Shown here: positions 18,185 through 27,956 of the stretch, piece by piece
Numbering within the stretch: the first letter of the stretch is position 1
Layout: each line of letters starts with the position of its first letter
Source: Methanobacteriota archaeon
Lineage (GTDB): Archaea; Thermoplasmatota; Poseidoniia; Poseidoniales; Poseidoniaceae
DNA length: 64,000 bases
Assembly (NCBI GenBank): GCA_002706065.1
Contig: PAJM01000017.1
Coordinates: 12,722-76,721 of the forward strand
Direction: 5' to 3'
The notes under the pieces: model-generated
The model's input: only the letters and a program-made list of their open reading frames with translations
Database searches by the model: none
What the model was told of the DNA's origin: nothing
Position numbers and translations under genes: made by a program

Positions 18185-20212
18185 TTATTCCTCAGGGATG
18201 AACATTTCATCTTGGTATCCGACAATTTCATCTCCAGTTTCATCTTCCTCAATGACGACAGTTCCTTCATCATCATCAAACTCAATGATGGTTCCATAAT
18301 AATCTTCGCCGTCAATCTCAAGTCCGACATACGAACCAATATCAAATTCTTCTTCCTCGGGTTCTTCCCCGTCATCAGCATCGGTTTCTTCTGAATCCTC
18401 ATCTGCTTCTTCATCGCTGATTTCCTCGCTCGTTGATTCGTCTTCATTCTCGTCCATGTCCGACTTTTCTTCGTCTTCAATCGCTTCCTGTACTTCGGCT
18501 CGATCATCATCAACATCTCGCATTGCCTTGAGACGTGCTCGCCATCCCGGTGCCAAGATGAGATGCGTGTACAGGCTCCAAATAAGACCTAATCCAGATA
18601 TGATCATGAGGATGATAGCATCAAGATAAAATCCTCCTGGCATAGATGATGCTTTTCCAGAGAACGGTGTTAGAGAATTCTTACATTCACCTTCTTGATA
18701 TTCAGGAACACAAGGATATGCGTCCCCTTCAGAAATGACTTTACCATCAATCATGATACTGTCATCTGGTGCATCGGGTTTGGCATCGAATTCGACCATT
18801 CCTCCAGTCCCATCGACGAATGGGATGAGCGCATTGACAAGTAAACCAACGATTAGGATAGCGAAGGACGTATGAATAAGAGGCCAATACACATCGTGCC
18901 ATTTCTTTGACATAAAGCGCGTTTGCATTTCTGTTGGGAATGTTTTGACGGTCTCTGCTTCCTCATCTTCAATGGTTGAAATTTCATCCTCATGACGTTC
19001 GATGGCATTGACAAATTCGATCATGTCAATGTTACCGTCGCCATCTGTATCCATCGAACTGAGTAGGGACTCTGCTTCTGATTCGGTTAGCCCGTGTGGC
19101 AATATCACATTCAATTTATGAACCAGTTCTTCAGAAGTTAGGAGTCGATCACCATCGTCATCGAGATCGCCGAACGCGTTCACAAGCGATTTATCTTCTT
19201 CTTCAATTACATCGAGGAGTTGTTCAATAATTTCTGCAGATGAACGTTGAGTTTCGAATGATTCTGTTTGCACATCCTCTTCTTCATCCTCTTCTCCAGG
19301 GTCATCTGATTCAGTTTCGATAATATCTCTTGAGTCATCTTCTTCGGAATCTGTTTCGAAAATTTGTTCTTCCGCCTCTTCTTCATCGAGAGCATCGTCT
19401 TCGTGAATCTCTTCTGTATCATCTGAATCTTCCTCAGGCTCGGAAACGTCCTCATCTAGTTCTTCTTCAGAGACTGGTTCGCTCTCATCCGATTCTTCCT
19501 CAGCTGACTCAGCGGTGTCTCCAACATCGGTTGCATCCAAGTTAGTGCGTGCATTCCATGCTTCTGCAGCCGTCTGCAACTCTTCCTTTTTGAGATATTG
19601 ATTACCATCCGTATTGAAATCTCCAGCAAAAGCAATGAATTCTTCTTTGTCGGATTCATCGATTTCAAACGATTGCATAATTTTCGACAGAACATTTTCG
19701 TTGAATTGCAGAGTTTCCTGTTCATCACCATCATCACTTGGCCCGGAATCATCCTGGAGCTCTTCTCCACCAATGATGGATTGCAGTTCCACCAAATCAA
19801 TTAGGCTATCACCATCTTGATCAATTGCTTCGACCAAACGGTCGACTTGTGATGGAGGAAGATCCGCAAGATTGAGTGAAAGAAGGCCTTCTTTGAGTTC
19901 GCCCGAATCGATCATGTTGTCATTATTGGTATCGAAGCGGCCAAACAACGTCTTGACATCCATCTTATTCATTGCCATCCAACTACGTAAGATATCAACA
20001 ACATCATCAGCGACGAATACCACACCACAATCAGGACACTTCGTGGAGTCAAGTGGTACCAGTGAGTTGCATGCACCACACTCTCCCAAGGCTTCATCCG
20101 AAACACCTGAAAATGAAATTCCACATTCTGGACATTCGCTTGTGTTGATCGGTACGATAGCCCGGCAAGAGCCACATTCGGCCATGGGAGTTTCTTCATT
20201 TTCATCCGACAT
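18185..20212 (-). CDS. Hyperacidic membrane protein: two N-terminal zinc ribbons, five EF-hand Ca-binding loops, two TM helices flanking a Cys-containing loop, poly-acidic C-terminal tail
   Basis: Zinc ribbons CGSCRA..CPECG and CGACNS..CPDCG. EF-hand loops DTNNDNMIDSGELKEG, DQDGDSLIDLVELQS, DFNTDGNQYLKKEELQT, DLDDDGDRLLTSEELVH, DTDGDGNIDMIEFVNA. TM helices LIHTSFAILIVGLLVNALIPFV and FYLDAIILMIISGLGLIWSLY. Long Asp/Glu runs. Start taken at M19 of the ORF-track frame 18185..20266. Confidence 0.75.
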   Translation of the reverse strand: MSDENEETPMAECGSCRAIVPINTSECPECGISFSGVSDEALGECGACNSLVPLDSTKCPDCGVVFVADDVVDILRSWMAMNKMDVKTLFGRFDTNNDNMIDSGELKEGLLSLNLADLPPSQVDRLVEAIDQDGDSLIDLVELQSIIGGEELQDDSGPSDDGDEQETLQFNENVLSKIMQSFEIDESDKEEFIAFAGDFNTDGNQYLKKEELQTAAEAWNARTNLDATDVGDTAESAEEESDESEPVSEEELDEDVSEPEEDSDDTEEIHEDDALDEEEAEEQIFETDSEEDDSRDIIETESDDPGEEDEEEDVQTESFETQRSSAEIIEQLLDVIEEEDKSLVNAFGDLDDDGDRLLTSEELVHKLNVILPHGLTESEAESLLSSMDTDGDGNIDMIEFVNAIERHEDEISTIEDEEAETVKTFPTEMQTRFMSKKWHDVYWPLIHTSFAILIVGLLVNALIPFVDGTGGMVEFDAKPDAPDDSIMIDGKVISEGDAYPCVPEYQEGECKNSLTPFSGKASSMPGGFYLDAIILMIISGLGLIWSLYTHLILAPGWRARLKAMRDVDDDRAEVQEAIEDEEKSDMDENEDESTSEEISDEEADEDSEETDADDGEEPEEEEFDIGSYVGLEIDGEDYYGTIIEFDDDEGTVVIEEDETGDEIVGYQDEMFIPEE

Positions 20213-20322
20213 TGTTTTTCCCCAACACTCACCAAGACATGAGCGAATATAATGATTGATGGTCATTTACACGATGAAACCTATTTATCTTCGTCCACAA
20301 GGACCATCTGGAGGGACTTTGT

Positions 20323-21177
20323 ATGACGGGCCGTATTCATTCCATCCAAGCGGAGGACACTGAATCTTTCATTGAGGCTTTTGATCAAATTGAGAACCAA
20401 GGCGAGGGCCGTCAAATTTTCATTTCTCGTTACCCTCAATCCAGATTGATTGATTTGCTTGACATCTCAAAAATGCAGTGCTATTGGATGACAACTGTCC
20501 AGGATACAGGCGTTCTTGAACCGAGTCTTGAGAAAATAAATCATTTCATAGAATCTTTGCTTCGCTCTGAATCAGGAACCATCTATCTCGAAGGTGCTGA
20601 ATGGCTCTTCTCATTGCACGGTTTTGATGCCGTTCAATCGATGATTCGCACATTAGCGGAAAAAGTCTCAATAAGTCAGTGGTCGATCTTCATTTCAATT
20701 TCAAGAGACAGTCTGGACATGCGTGAACGTTCTCGTTTTTATCGCGAAGCACCACTCTTTGAGGTCAATACGATTCAGCACAATGTCATCTCCGATGATG
20801 GGGATTCGGGCAACATCGACACGATGCAATCGGCATCGGTTGAGATGGATTTATCGGATGATGGTTCTCCAAAGTTGTTCCTCCTTACTCGATTACCCCG
20901 TTCGGGATTCAGCAAGAGGATTCTCCAACGACGTATCCTTCAATGGAGGAGGATGGGATTGGATACTTCGGACATCGAAGCGGTCTTGTATTTGCAAGAT
21001 GTTGATGAAATATATTCAAAATATCGAGGTGTCGAAGAACAAGTCCGGCGTGCGACGGAATTAGAACAACACGTACTCGAACATGTATCTGATAGCCATG
21101 AACGTACAATCGCATTGTTCCGTATACGTCAATTAACAGGTCTTGATGAACTTGAAAGAATCTACTTCTCAGATTGA
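20323..21177 (+). CDS. DUF835-like domain protein (archaeal family of unknown function) with a C-terminal extension
   Basis: ISRYPQS...YWMT...LEPSLEKINHFIESLL...TIYLEGAEWLFSLHGFDAV...ISISRDSLDMRERSRFYREA, which I recognise from memory (not checked) as the DUF835 consensus; divergent from the EF-hand gene. Confidence 0.55.
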   Translation: MTGRIHSIQAEDTESFIEAFDQIENQGEGRQIFISRYPQSRLIDLLDISKMQCYWMTTVQDTGVLEPSLEKINHFIESLLRSESGTIYLEGAEWLFSLHGFDAVQSMIRTLAEKVSISQWSIFISISRDSLDMRERSRFYREAPLFEVNTIQHNVISDDGDSGNIDTMQSASVEMDLSDDGSPKLFLLTRLPRSGFSKRILQRRILQWRRMGLDTSDIEAVLYLQDVDEIYSKYRGVEEQVRRATELEQHVLEHVSDSHERTIALFRIRQLTGLDELERIYFSD

Positions 21178-22728
21178 TTTGCGAAGCGGATTCTTCAACG
21201 TTGATTGAATGATTGACAACCAACTCGATTTTGTTAACTCGTCAGCTATTGAAATAATTTCATCGCTAGTACTGCGGTCAGCTCGACCTTCGAGAACGAC
21301 GTTATTCATGCATCGTATCATGGATTGAACACATGTTGAGGAAGGAGTTTCAATGATGGTGATGGCTCTGTGTGCTACGAAGGCTTCACAGGCAATCACC
21401 TCGGAGCAGCGTTCAATCGCTTGCAATAAATTCCAACTTGCTGTTGCACCCATACTCACATGATCTTCCTGGCCAGCAGAGGTTGTCGTTGAGAATGCAG
21501 TTCTTGGTGTTGAATGGCCATGCAACTCACCAAGTGCCGCAGCGGCTGCATACTGAACGATCATGAGGCCTGACTCCAATCCTGCATTATCTGCCAAAAA
21601 CGGTTTGATGGCAAGCCGATTTGGATCGAGCATTTGATCGATACGACGTTCACTCATTGAAGATAATTCAAACAATGCTAAACTCATTGCGTCGGATACG
21701 AATCCAAGTACCTCTGCATGAAAATTACCTTGGGACACGACTTCATGCGGACCGGGATCCACCGGGTCAGGGAAAATCAATGGATTATCTGTCGACGAAT
21801 TCAATTCAATTGTGACCGTTTGAATCAATTTGTGAAGCGATTCTTGTACTGGCCCGTGAACCTGCGGTATGCATCGAAACGAATACGGATCTTGGATTCG
21901 ATTGCATTCATGATGGTTTGATAGAATTGTCGAATCATCGAGAATTGCCCGAATCCTTTCAGCGACAAAGAGTTGGCCTAAATGTGGGCGGGTTCGATGA
22001 ATTCGGTCATCATACGGTGTTAACGTGGATTCAGTTGCATCGAGCGACATGGCTGCAACAATGTCTGCATAGGTCAACAATTGACGAAGTTGTTCAACAG
22101 CAATCGCTAACATTCCTGTTATGAGGCTGGTGCCATTGATGAGAGATAATCCATCTTTTGCGCGTAGAGTAAGCGGTGCGAGTTCACAACGCTGTATTGC
22201 ATCATAGGCCGATATGACTTCACCGTTGTACTCGACATTCCCTTCACCGACAAGAGCGCAGGCAAGATGAGAGAGTGGTGCTAAATCCCCACTAGCGCCA
22301 AGACTACCGATACGTGGAATAATCGGATGAATTGAATGATTGATGAACTGTTCGAGTTGCGAAATCACATCCGGATGACAACCCGAATGACCTTTGACAA
22401 GTGAATTAAGTCGCACGCACATCATTGCACGAACAATTTCTGTTGAGAGGTTGGGCCCTAAACCAGTTGCATGAGAGCGTACAAGATTAAGTTGCAATTG
22501 TTCAACATCATCTTGACTCACCCGTGTTTGAACCAGCGAGCCAAAACCAGTATTGATCCCATAAACCGTTTCATCTCCCTCGACGATTCGATCGACAACA
22601 CTTCGGGCCAATTTTACTTTGAGCATGGCTTCTGGAGCAACCTGGACTGTTGCTCGACCGTATGCCACATCATGAACATCAAGCGTGTTGACAGTTGTCC
22701 CATCCAGTGTCACAATCCGCTTATTCAT
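21169..22728 (-). CDS. hutH: Histidine ammonia-lyase (MIO-dependent)
   Basis: GSLGASGDLAPLSHLA contains the Ala-Ser-Gly MIO triad. ORF track frame 21169..22740; likely start at M5. Confidence 0.9.
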   Translation of the reverse strand: MNKRIVTLDGTTVNTLDVHDVAYGRATVQVAPEAMLKVKLARSVVDRIVEGDETVYGINTGFGSLVQTRVSQDDVEQLQLNLVRSHATGLGPNLSTEIVRAMMCVRLNSLVKGHSGCHPDVISQLEQFINHSIHPIIPRIGSLGASGDLAPLSHLACALVGEGNVEYNGEVISAYDAIQRCELAPLTLRAKDGLSLINGTSLITGMLAIAVEQLRQLLTYADIVAAMSLDATESTLTPYDDRIHRTRPHLGQLFVAERIRAILDDSTILSNHHECNRIQDPYSFRCIPQVHGPVQESLHKLIQTVTIELNSSTDNPLIFPDPVDPGPHEVVSQGNFHAEVLGFVSDAMSLALFELSSMSERRIDQMLDPNRLAIKPFLADNAGLESGLMIVQYAAAAALGELHGHSTPRTAFSTTTSAGQEDHVSMGATASWNLLQAIERCSEVIACEAFVAHRAITIIETPSSTCVQSMIRCMNNVVLEGRADRSTSDEIISIADELTKSSWLSIIQSTLKNPLRKSI

Positions 22729-24763
22729 GTACGCCACCATCCAATAACGTGTCGAGTATGGAATCCTCTACCAATTGTGGTATTGTGACTTGAAGTTGAG
22801 GATTAATGTCCATGGCTCTCTGAATGGACGTAATAGCGCCATGATTTCTAGCCCATGCTCGACGTGCTACACCGTTGGAAACATCCCAGTGGAGCATGGA
22901 TTCAAGGCGCCTCATCGAATCCTCTGTTCCATCGATAAGGAGTCCAAAGCCGCCATTGGATACTTCTCCCCAACCGACACCTCCACCATTATGGAGGCTG
23001 ACCCAAGTAGCTCCACGCATAGCGTCGCCTACGAAATTTTGTACTGACATATCAGCAGTCCACTGTGATCCATCCCCTATGTTGGCTGTTTCACGATAAG
23101 GTGAATCAGTTCCACTCACATCATGATGATCCCGTCCAAGGACAATCGGTGCTGAGATTCGACCATCGGCTACAGCTTGATTCATAGCAGCAGCGATTCG
23201 TGTACGTCCTTGTTCATCAGCGTAAAGAATTCGAGCCTTCGATCCAACGACCAGGGCATGTTGTTCTGCCTCTTGGATCCATTTGAGATTGTCCTGTATT
23301 TGCTGACGAATATCCTGATCGCTCTCTTCGTCGAGCATTTCTGCAAGCACTTGTTCAGCAATTTTGTCGGATTCTGCTAAATCTGAATCCAAACCAGATG
23401 AGCACACCCAACGGAACGGACCAAATCCACGGTCAAAACACAACGGGCCCATGATGTCTTCAACGTATGAGGGGTATTTGTAGGTGCCATCGGGTTGGAA
23501 AATGTCCGCTCCTGCACGTCCAGATTCCAGCAAGAATGCATTGCCATAATCCCAAAAGAACATGCCTTTTGAGACCAATGTATTGATTGCATCTACATGC
23601 CTGCAGAGGGATTGTTGCACCAATGTTCGAAATGTATCAGGTTGTTCATGCATCAGGTTCTGAGCTTCATCGAAGTCCAAACCAGCGGGGAAATAGCCCC
23701 CTTGGAATGGATTGTGAAGAGATGTTTGATCGCTTCCAAGATGGACAAATACATCACGCTCAACAATTCGTTCCCAGAGGTCAACAATGTTGCCTACGTA
23801 TCCGATTGAGGTTCCTTTCTTATGTTCTGATGCTGAAATCATGCTGTCGATGGCCTCATCGACGTCGTATGCTAATTGCTCAACCCAACCTTGTCGGTAC
23901 CGTTTTTCAGCAGCAATTGGATTAGATTCAGCAACAATACATGCTGCACCAGCGATGACTGCGGCTTTGGCTTGAGCACCCGACATTCCGCCTAGTCCTG
24001 ATGTGATGAATCGAAGACCACTCAAATCACTGTTTGAAGCAACACCAAATTTCATCCGGGCAGCATTCATCAACGTAATTGTCGTTCCATGAACAATCCC
24101 CTGAGGACCGATGTACATGTACGAACCTGCTGTCATTTGACCATACTGTGTAACCCCCATGGCATTCAGTCGTTCGTAATTCTCTGTTGAGGAATAATTT
24201 GGTATCATCATGCCGTTGGTGACAACCACCCGCGGAGCATCTTTCGACGAAGGGAAGAGCCCAAGTGGATGGCCTGAATACATCACAAGTGTTTGCTCGT
24301 CAGTCATTTCGGAGAGGTACTTCATGACAAGACGGTATTGTGCCCAATTTTGAAACACGGCACCATTTCCACCATAGGTGATTAATTCGTTAGGAAATTG
24401 AGCTACCCGCGGGTCAAGATTGTTGTCGATCATTAGCATAATTGCCGCAGCATGAGTTGAAACTGCGGAATATTCGTGTATTGGCCGTGCGCGAATGGTT
24501 TGCTGTGGGCGGAATCTATGCATGTAAATTCTACCTAATTCACGTAATTCCTTGAGGAATTCTTTACTCAATACTTCATGGTGATTGGGATCGAAATAGC
24601 GCAGTGCATTTTGCAATGCTAGGCGTTCTTCAATTACAGAGAGCACTCGTTTACGTACTGGTGCGTGATCGACTTCGGCATCAAGACCAGGGTGTGTCGG
24701 CAAGTCATCGGGCAAACCAAATGAGAAATCGCTGACCATTTTGCTCCCCCTACTTCGTCCCAA
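22721..24763 (-). CDS. hutU: Urocanate hydratase (long, eukaryote-like ~680 aa form)
   Basis: Extensive urocanase similarity (MIDNNLDPRVAQFPNELITYGGNG, NAD-binding region GLGGMSGAQAKAAV, HGGGVGWGEV); overlaps the hutH start. Confidence 0.9.
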   Translation of the reverse strand: MGRSRGSKMVSDFSFGLPDDLPTHPGLDAEVDHAPVRKRVLSVIEERLALQNALRYFDPNHHEVLSKEFLKELRELGRIYMHRFRPQQTIRARPIHEYSAVSTHAAAIMLMIDNNLDPRVAQFPNELITYGGNGAVFQNWAQYRLVMKYLSEMTDEQTLVMYSGHPLGLFPSSKDAPRVVVTNGMMIPNYSSTENYERLNAMGVTQYGQMTAGSYMYIGPQGIVHGTTITLMNAARMKFGVASNSDLSGLRFITSGLGGMSGAQAKAAVIAGAACIVAESNPIAAEKRYRQGWVEQLAYDVDEAIDSMISASEHKKGTSIGYVGNIVDLWERIVERDVFVHLGSDQTSLHNPFQGGYFPAGLDFDEAQNLMHEQPDTFRTLVQQSLCRHVDAINTLVSKGMFFWDYGNAFLLESGRAGADIFQPDGTYKYPSYVEDIMGPLCFDRGFGPFRWVCSSGLDSDLAESDKIAEQVLAEMLDEESDQDIRQQIQDNLKWIQEAEQHALVVGSKARILYADEQGRTRIAAAMNQAVADGRISAPIVLGRDHHDVSGTDSPYRETANIGDGSQWTADMSVQNFVGDAMRGATWVSLHNGGGVGWGEVSNGGFGLLIDGTEDSMRRLESMLHWDVSNGVARRAWARNHGAITSIQRAMDINPQLQVTIPQLVEDSILDTLLDGGVHE

Positions 24764-24794
24764 TGTATCGAAGGACTTGAGGATTATTCATGAC

Positions 24795-26726
24795 ATGTCA
24801 AGCCGACGGGTTGAAGAAGAGAGGGTGTATGATAGCATCATGACCCAAGACACGCATGTCGATGCGATTGTTGTGGAAGCAGAGAAAGACATGACGAAAT
24901 CATTCAACTCTGTCCTTGGTGCCACGATTGCTGTATGCATCGTCTTCTTGTTCATCTCCGCTTCATACGACAAAACAGTATCTGCTTCAATCGAAAACGA
25001 CGGAGATTCCACTACAGAATATGTTCCTGTATGGGAACGATATTTGGAAGACTATGTTACCGATGCTGATTTTGGTTCTGTTCTGGAATCTGGACCCTAT
25101 GAATTACTGAACACATCCAATGAGTGGGGTTCTACACATTATTTTGTTGAATATGAAATCCCAATCGAAGAAGGCGGTGCTGCTCCATTCGGTTTGATTA
25201 GTCTCGCTGTCTGGCTCCCGAGTGCAGTCGATGAGGGCATTAAAGTTCCAGTGATTGCTGAGAGTGGGCCATATTTCCAAGAACCGTCTGTACAGACTGA
25301 CAGTATTGAAGTTCCCGGCAGTTGGTTGGGCACAATGATCATTGAAGACATACTTCCGCATGGGTATGCTTTCGCACAAATTTCTGTTGCGGGTACGGGT
25401 CGTTCCAATCACTGTATGGATCTCATGGGTACTGCTGAACAGTTGGGCAATGATGCTGCTGTTCGCTGGTTAGCGGAACAAGAATGGAGCAACGGCAACG
25501 TGGGGCTAATCGGCAAATCGTATGATGGTTCAACGCCTTGGCAAGCAGCGATGTTTGGTAGTGAACACGATTATCTCAAAACCATCGTTCCAATTTCAGG
25601 ACTCATTGGTGTAAAAGAATTGATGTGGCGAAATGGCAGCTCTGAGGCTCGTGCACCGATTATGCACAACGGAGTTTACGGCTCATACGGGATTGATGGC
25701 GACGAGGAAGACTATCAGAACCTCTGTCCAGATTACGTTATTGGTCCAGGAACCGGTGCCTCAGCTTATCTACTTGGTTCGGAACAGTTTGGCGATTATT
25801 GGGCTGAACGGTACTTTTTAGACCGTGTATTGGAGAACTACCAAGGTTCCGTTTATCTCATTCAAGGTATGCACGATTGGAATGTAGACCCCCACATGGC
25901 AGTACCGACGATCAACGCACTAATCGATGCAGGGATTGATGCGAAAGGATTGTTCGGGCAATGGGACCATGATTATCCTGATAGACCTATTCAGCTGTCT
26001 GAACGAAGTGATTTGGGTGGAAGAGGCGGAGAAGCATTTCCTCAAATGATTCGATACGACTGGATGCAAGATTTACTTGAATGGTTCGAATATTATCTAC
26101 AAGAACGCGGTCCTAAACCCGGACTCTGGATTGAAGTTCAAGACAACTACGGTGAATGGCGAGTTGAGATGAATCGTTATCCTCCATCGGATACGACCGA
26201 GTGGGTAGCTGATTTGGGAGGTTCGTTATCAAATGTTGGTGGTTCACTGACCATTTTACCAGATGCTTCATCTGGTCCTGTTTGGGAAACTGAACCACTC
26301 ACCGAAACCTTACGAGTTGCAGGAACACCTCGCCTCCATGTTGATGTAACAACAGCTAGTGTTGGTGGCCAACTCTATGCTCTCCTCGAAGATTGTTACG
26401 AAGGCTCTTGCATCCACGTTGGACATGCAATCATGGATCTCCGGTACTATGCGGGTGGAGACGATATTCAAACTTGGACACCGGTGTTTGAAACCATTAA
26501 TGCGAAGATGGAATTTATGCCGCTTGATGCCATTATTGAGGAAGGGCATACAATCCGAGTCTCGCTAGCATCAACCGGAGAGGATTATCTTCCAGCAAGT
26601 ACCTCAACGATTGTAACTGTACAAGAAGGGGAAACTTCGACACTCCAGTTGGATACAATCGATCGAAATTCAGAAGAACGAATCTACTTCACGCCACCGA
26701 TTTGTACTCACGAGGTGTGCTCTTAG
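24795..26726 (+). CDS. X-Pro dipeptidyl-peptidase / CocE-NonD family serine hydrolase (S15) with N-terminal membrane anchor
   Basis: GLIGKSYDGSTPW serine-nucleophile motif (GxSYxG), a signal-anchor helix VLGATIAVCIVFLFISA and a large beta-sandwich C-terminal domain. Start uncertain (ORF from 24741 overlaps the hutU start; M19 chosen). Confidence 0.8.
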   Translation: MSSRRVEEERVYDSIMTQDTHVDAIVVEAEKDMTKSFNSVLGATIAVCIVFLFISASYDKTVSASIENDGDSTTEYVPVWERYLEDYVTDADFGSVLESGPYELLNTSNEWGSTHYFVEYEIPIEEGGAAPFGLISLAVWLPSAVDEGIKVPVIAESGPYFQEPSVQTDSIEVPGSWLGTMIIEDILPHGYAFAQISVAGTGRSNHCMDLMGTAEQLGNDAAVRWLAEQEWSNGNVGLIGKSYDGSTPWQAAMFGSEHDYLKTIVPISGLIGVKELMWRNGSSEARAPIMHNGVYGSYGIDGDEEDYQNLCPDYVIGPGTGASAYLLGSEQFGDYWAERYFLDRVLENYQGSVYLIQGMHDWNVDPHMAVPTINALIDAGIDAKGLFGQWDHDYPDRPIQLSERSDLGGRGGEAFPQMIRYDWMQDLLEWFEYYLQERGPKPGLWIEVQDNYGEWRVEMNRYPPSDTTEWVADLGGSLSNVGGSLTILPDASSGPVWETEPLTETLRVAGTPRLHVDVTTASVGGQLYALLEDCYEGSCIHVGHAIMDLRYYAGGDDIQTWTPVFETINAKMEFMPLDAIIEEGHTIRVSLASTGEDYLPASTSTIVTVQEGETSTLQLDTIDRNSEERIYFTPPICTHEVCS

Positions 26727-27948
26727 GATTCCATATGGTGAAGATAAATCCGCTGAAAATCATCAGACAGGCGAATGCAAGTATTCCTTGCTGCAGATTA
26801 ACGTACCCGTTTTCAATAAGGAAACCAGCAGAAATTGTTGAAATCACTTGACCAATGGATAACAAAAGCATGTCTGTGGAAAACACTCTTCCACGCATCT
26901 CGTCTTCTACCCACTGTTGGGTGAGTACAGTCGAAAGCACCCAATTACCGCCACTCGCTGTATGTGCTAACGTGACCAGCATGAGGGTGAGAATCAACGG
27001 CCCTTGCAAGCTAAGGCCAACGAGCAGATAGAACATACCACTCGCAACGATGAGAAGCCCAACGAGTCGTGGCCATTTTTCTGAATCCTTGAAGAAGCGT
27101 CGTGCGAGGATTGGACCAATACCAGTACCTACACCACGTGCGAAAAAGAAGATTCCAAACCCGAGTGCGGCACCAACAAACTCAATCTCGCTTCCGGCTA
27201 AAACCAAATACACACCTGCCAAGCCTCCTCCTGCAATATTCCACGACGTTTTGGCAAAGATGATTCGAAACAATCTCGGATCAGATTGTATTCTTTTCTG
27301 CCCCAACCATATGTCCTTCAATGAAGATGAAATGATTGAGCCTGACGATGCTTTATCGTACGTTTGTGGCACTGTTAACGGAATCAGAATCAACGTGCCA
27401 ACCAAGAATGTAAAGGAATCAATGACGAAGGCTATGGCCACACCATATTCGGAAACCACAAGTCCTCCTGCAAAGGCTCCCATGCACAACGCAGTAGACC
27501 AGGTCGCACTATCCAGTGCGTTGGCTGTTGTTAGGTCCTCTTTCGCAACAATGTTTGGCAAAGCGGCTCTTTCTGCCGTAACATAAAGGCCATGTAGGGC
27601 CATCATGATTCCAGAACAGAGGAACATCCACCACATGTCTTCTGGACCATCCACGGCTATGAATGCCAGAGCGAGGAAAATCTGTATTACGTTTGTTAAA
27701 ATCATTAATTTTTTACGATTGATCCGGTCTGCGAGTAACCCAAAAAACGGTTGCATGAGTGCAAAACACCCCATGCGTACGGCCATCAAAACGCCGAGCA
27801 AGAGTTCAGAATCCGTATATTTTAGAATAATAAGAAACAGTGCAATTGTATTGAACCATTCTCCAAACATGGATATGAATGCAGCAATCCAAAATTTTCG
27901 ATAGGTCTTATTCTCACGAACAAGCCGAAGATACGCATTATCACTCAT
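26689..27948 (-). CDS. MFS transporter
   Basis: 12-TM topology with MFS signature-like loops (GLLADRINRKKLM, GAALGFGIFFFARGVGTGIGP); 38-nt convergent overlap with the peptidase gene. Confidence 0.8.
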   Translation of the reverse strand: MSDNAYLRLVRENKTYRKFWIAAFISMFGEWFNTIALFLIILKYTDSELLLGVLMAVRMGCFALMQPFFGLLADRINRKKLMILTNVIQIFLALAFIAVDGPEDMWWMFLCSGIMMALHGLYVTAERAALPNIVAKEDLTTANALDSATWSTALCMGAFAGGLVVSEYGVAIAFVIDSFTFLVGTLILIPLTVPQTYDKASSGSIISSSLKDIWLGQKRIQSDPRLFRIIFAKTSWNIAGGGLAGVYLVLAGSEIEFVGAALGFGIFFFARGVGTGIGPILARRFFKDSEKWPRLVGLLIVASGMFYLLVGLSLQGPLILTLMLVTLAHTASGGNWVLSTVLTQQWVEDEMRGRVFSTDMLLLSIGQVISTISAGFLIENGYVNLQQGILAFACLMIFSGFIFTIWNPKSTPREYKSVA

Positions 27949-27956
27949 ATGCTCAC

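Noticed and set aside
18175-19800. Lys/Arg-rich ORFs (18175..18516, 19207..19455, 19456..19800) on the minus strand inside the EF-hand gene
   Set aside because: They are alternate frames of the GAA/GAT/GAG-rich coding sequence of the hyperacidic protein (poly-E/D codons read out of frame give K/R runs). They are wholly contained within a well-supported gene.
27050-27586. 178-aa plus-strand ORF antisense to the MFS transporter
   Set aside because: Antisense to a gene with clear 12-TM architecture; Pro/Ala/Lys-rich composition typical of antisense translation of TM-coding DNA.
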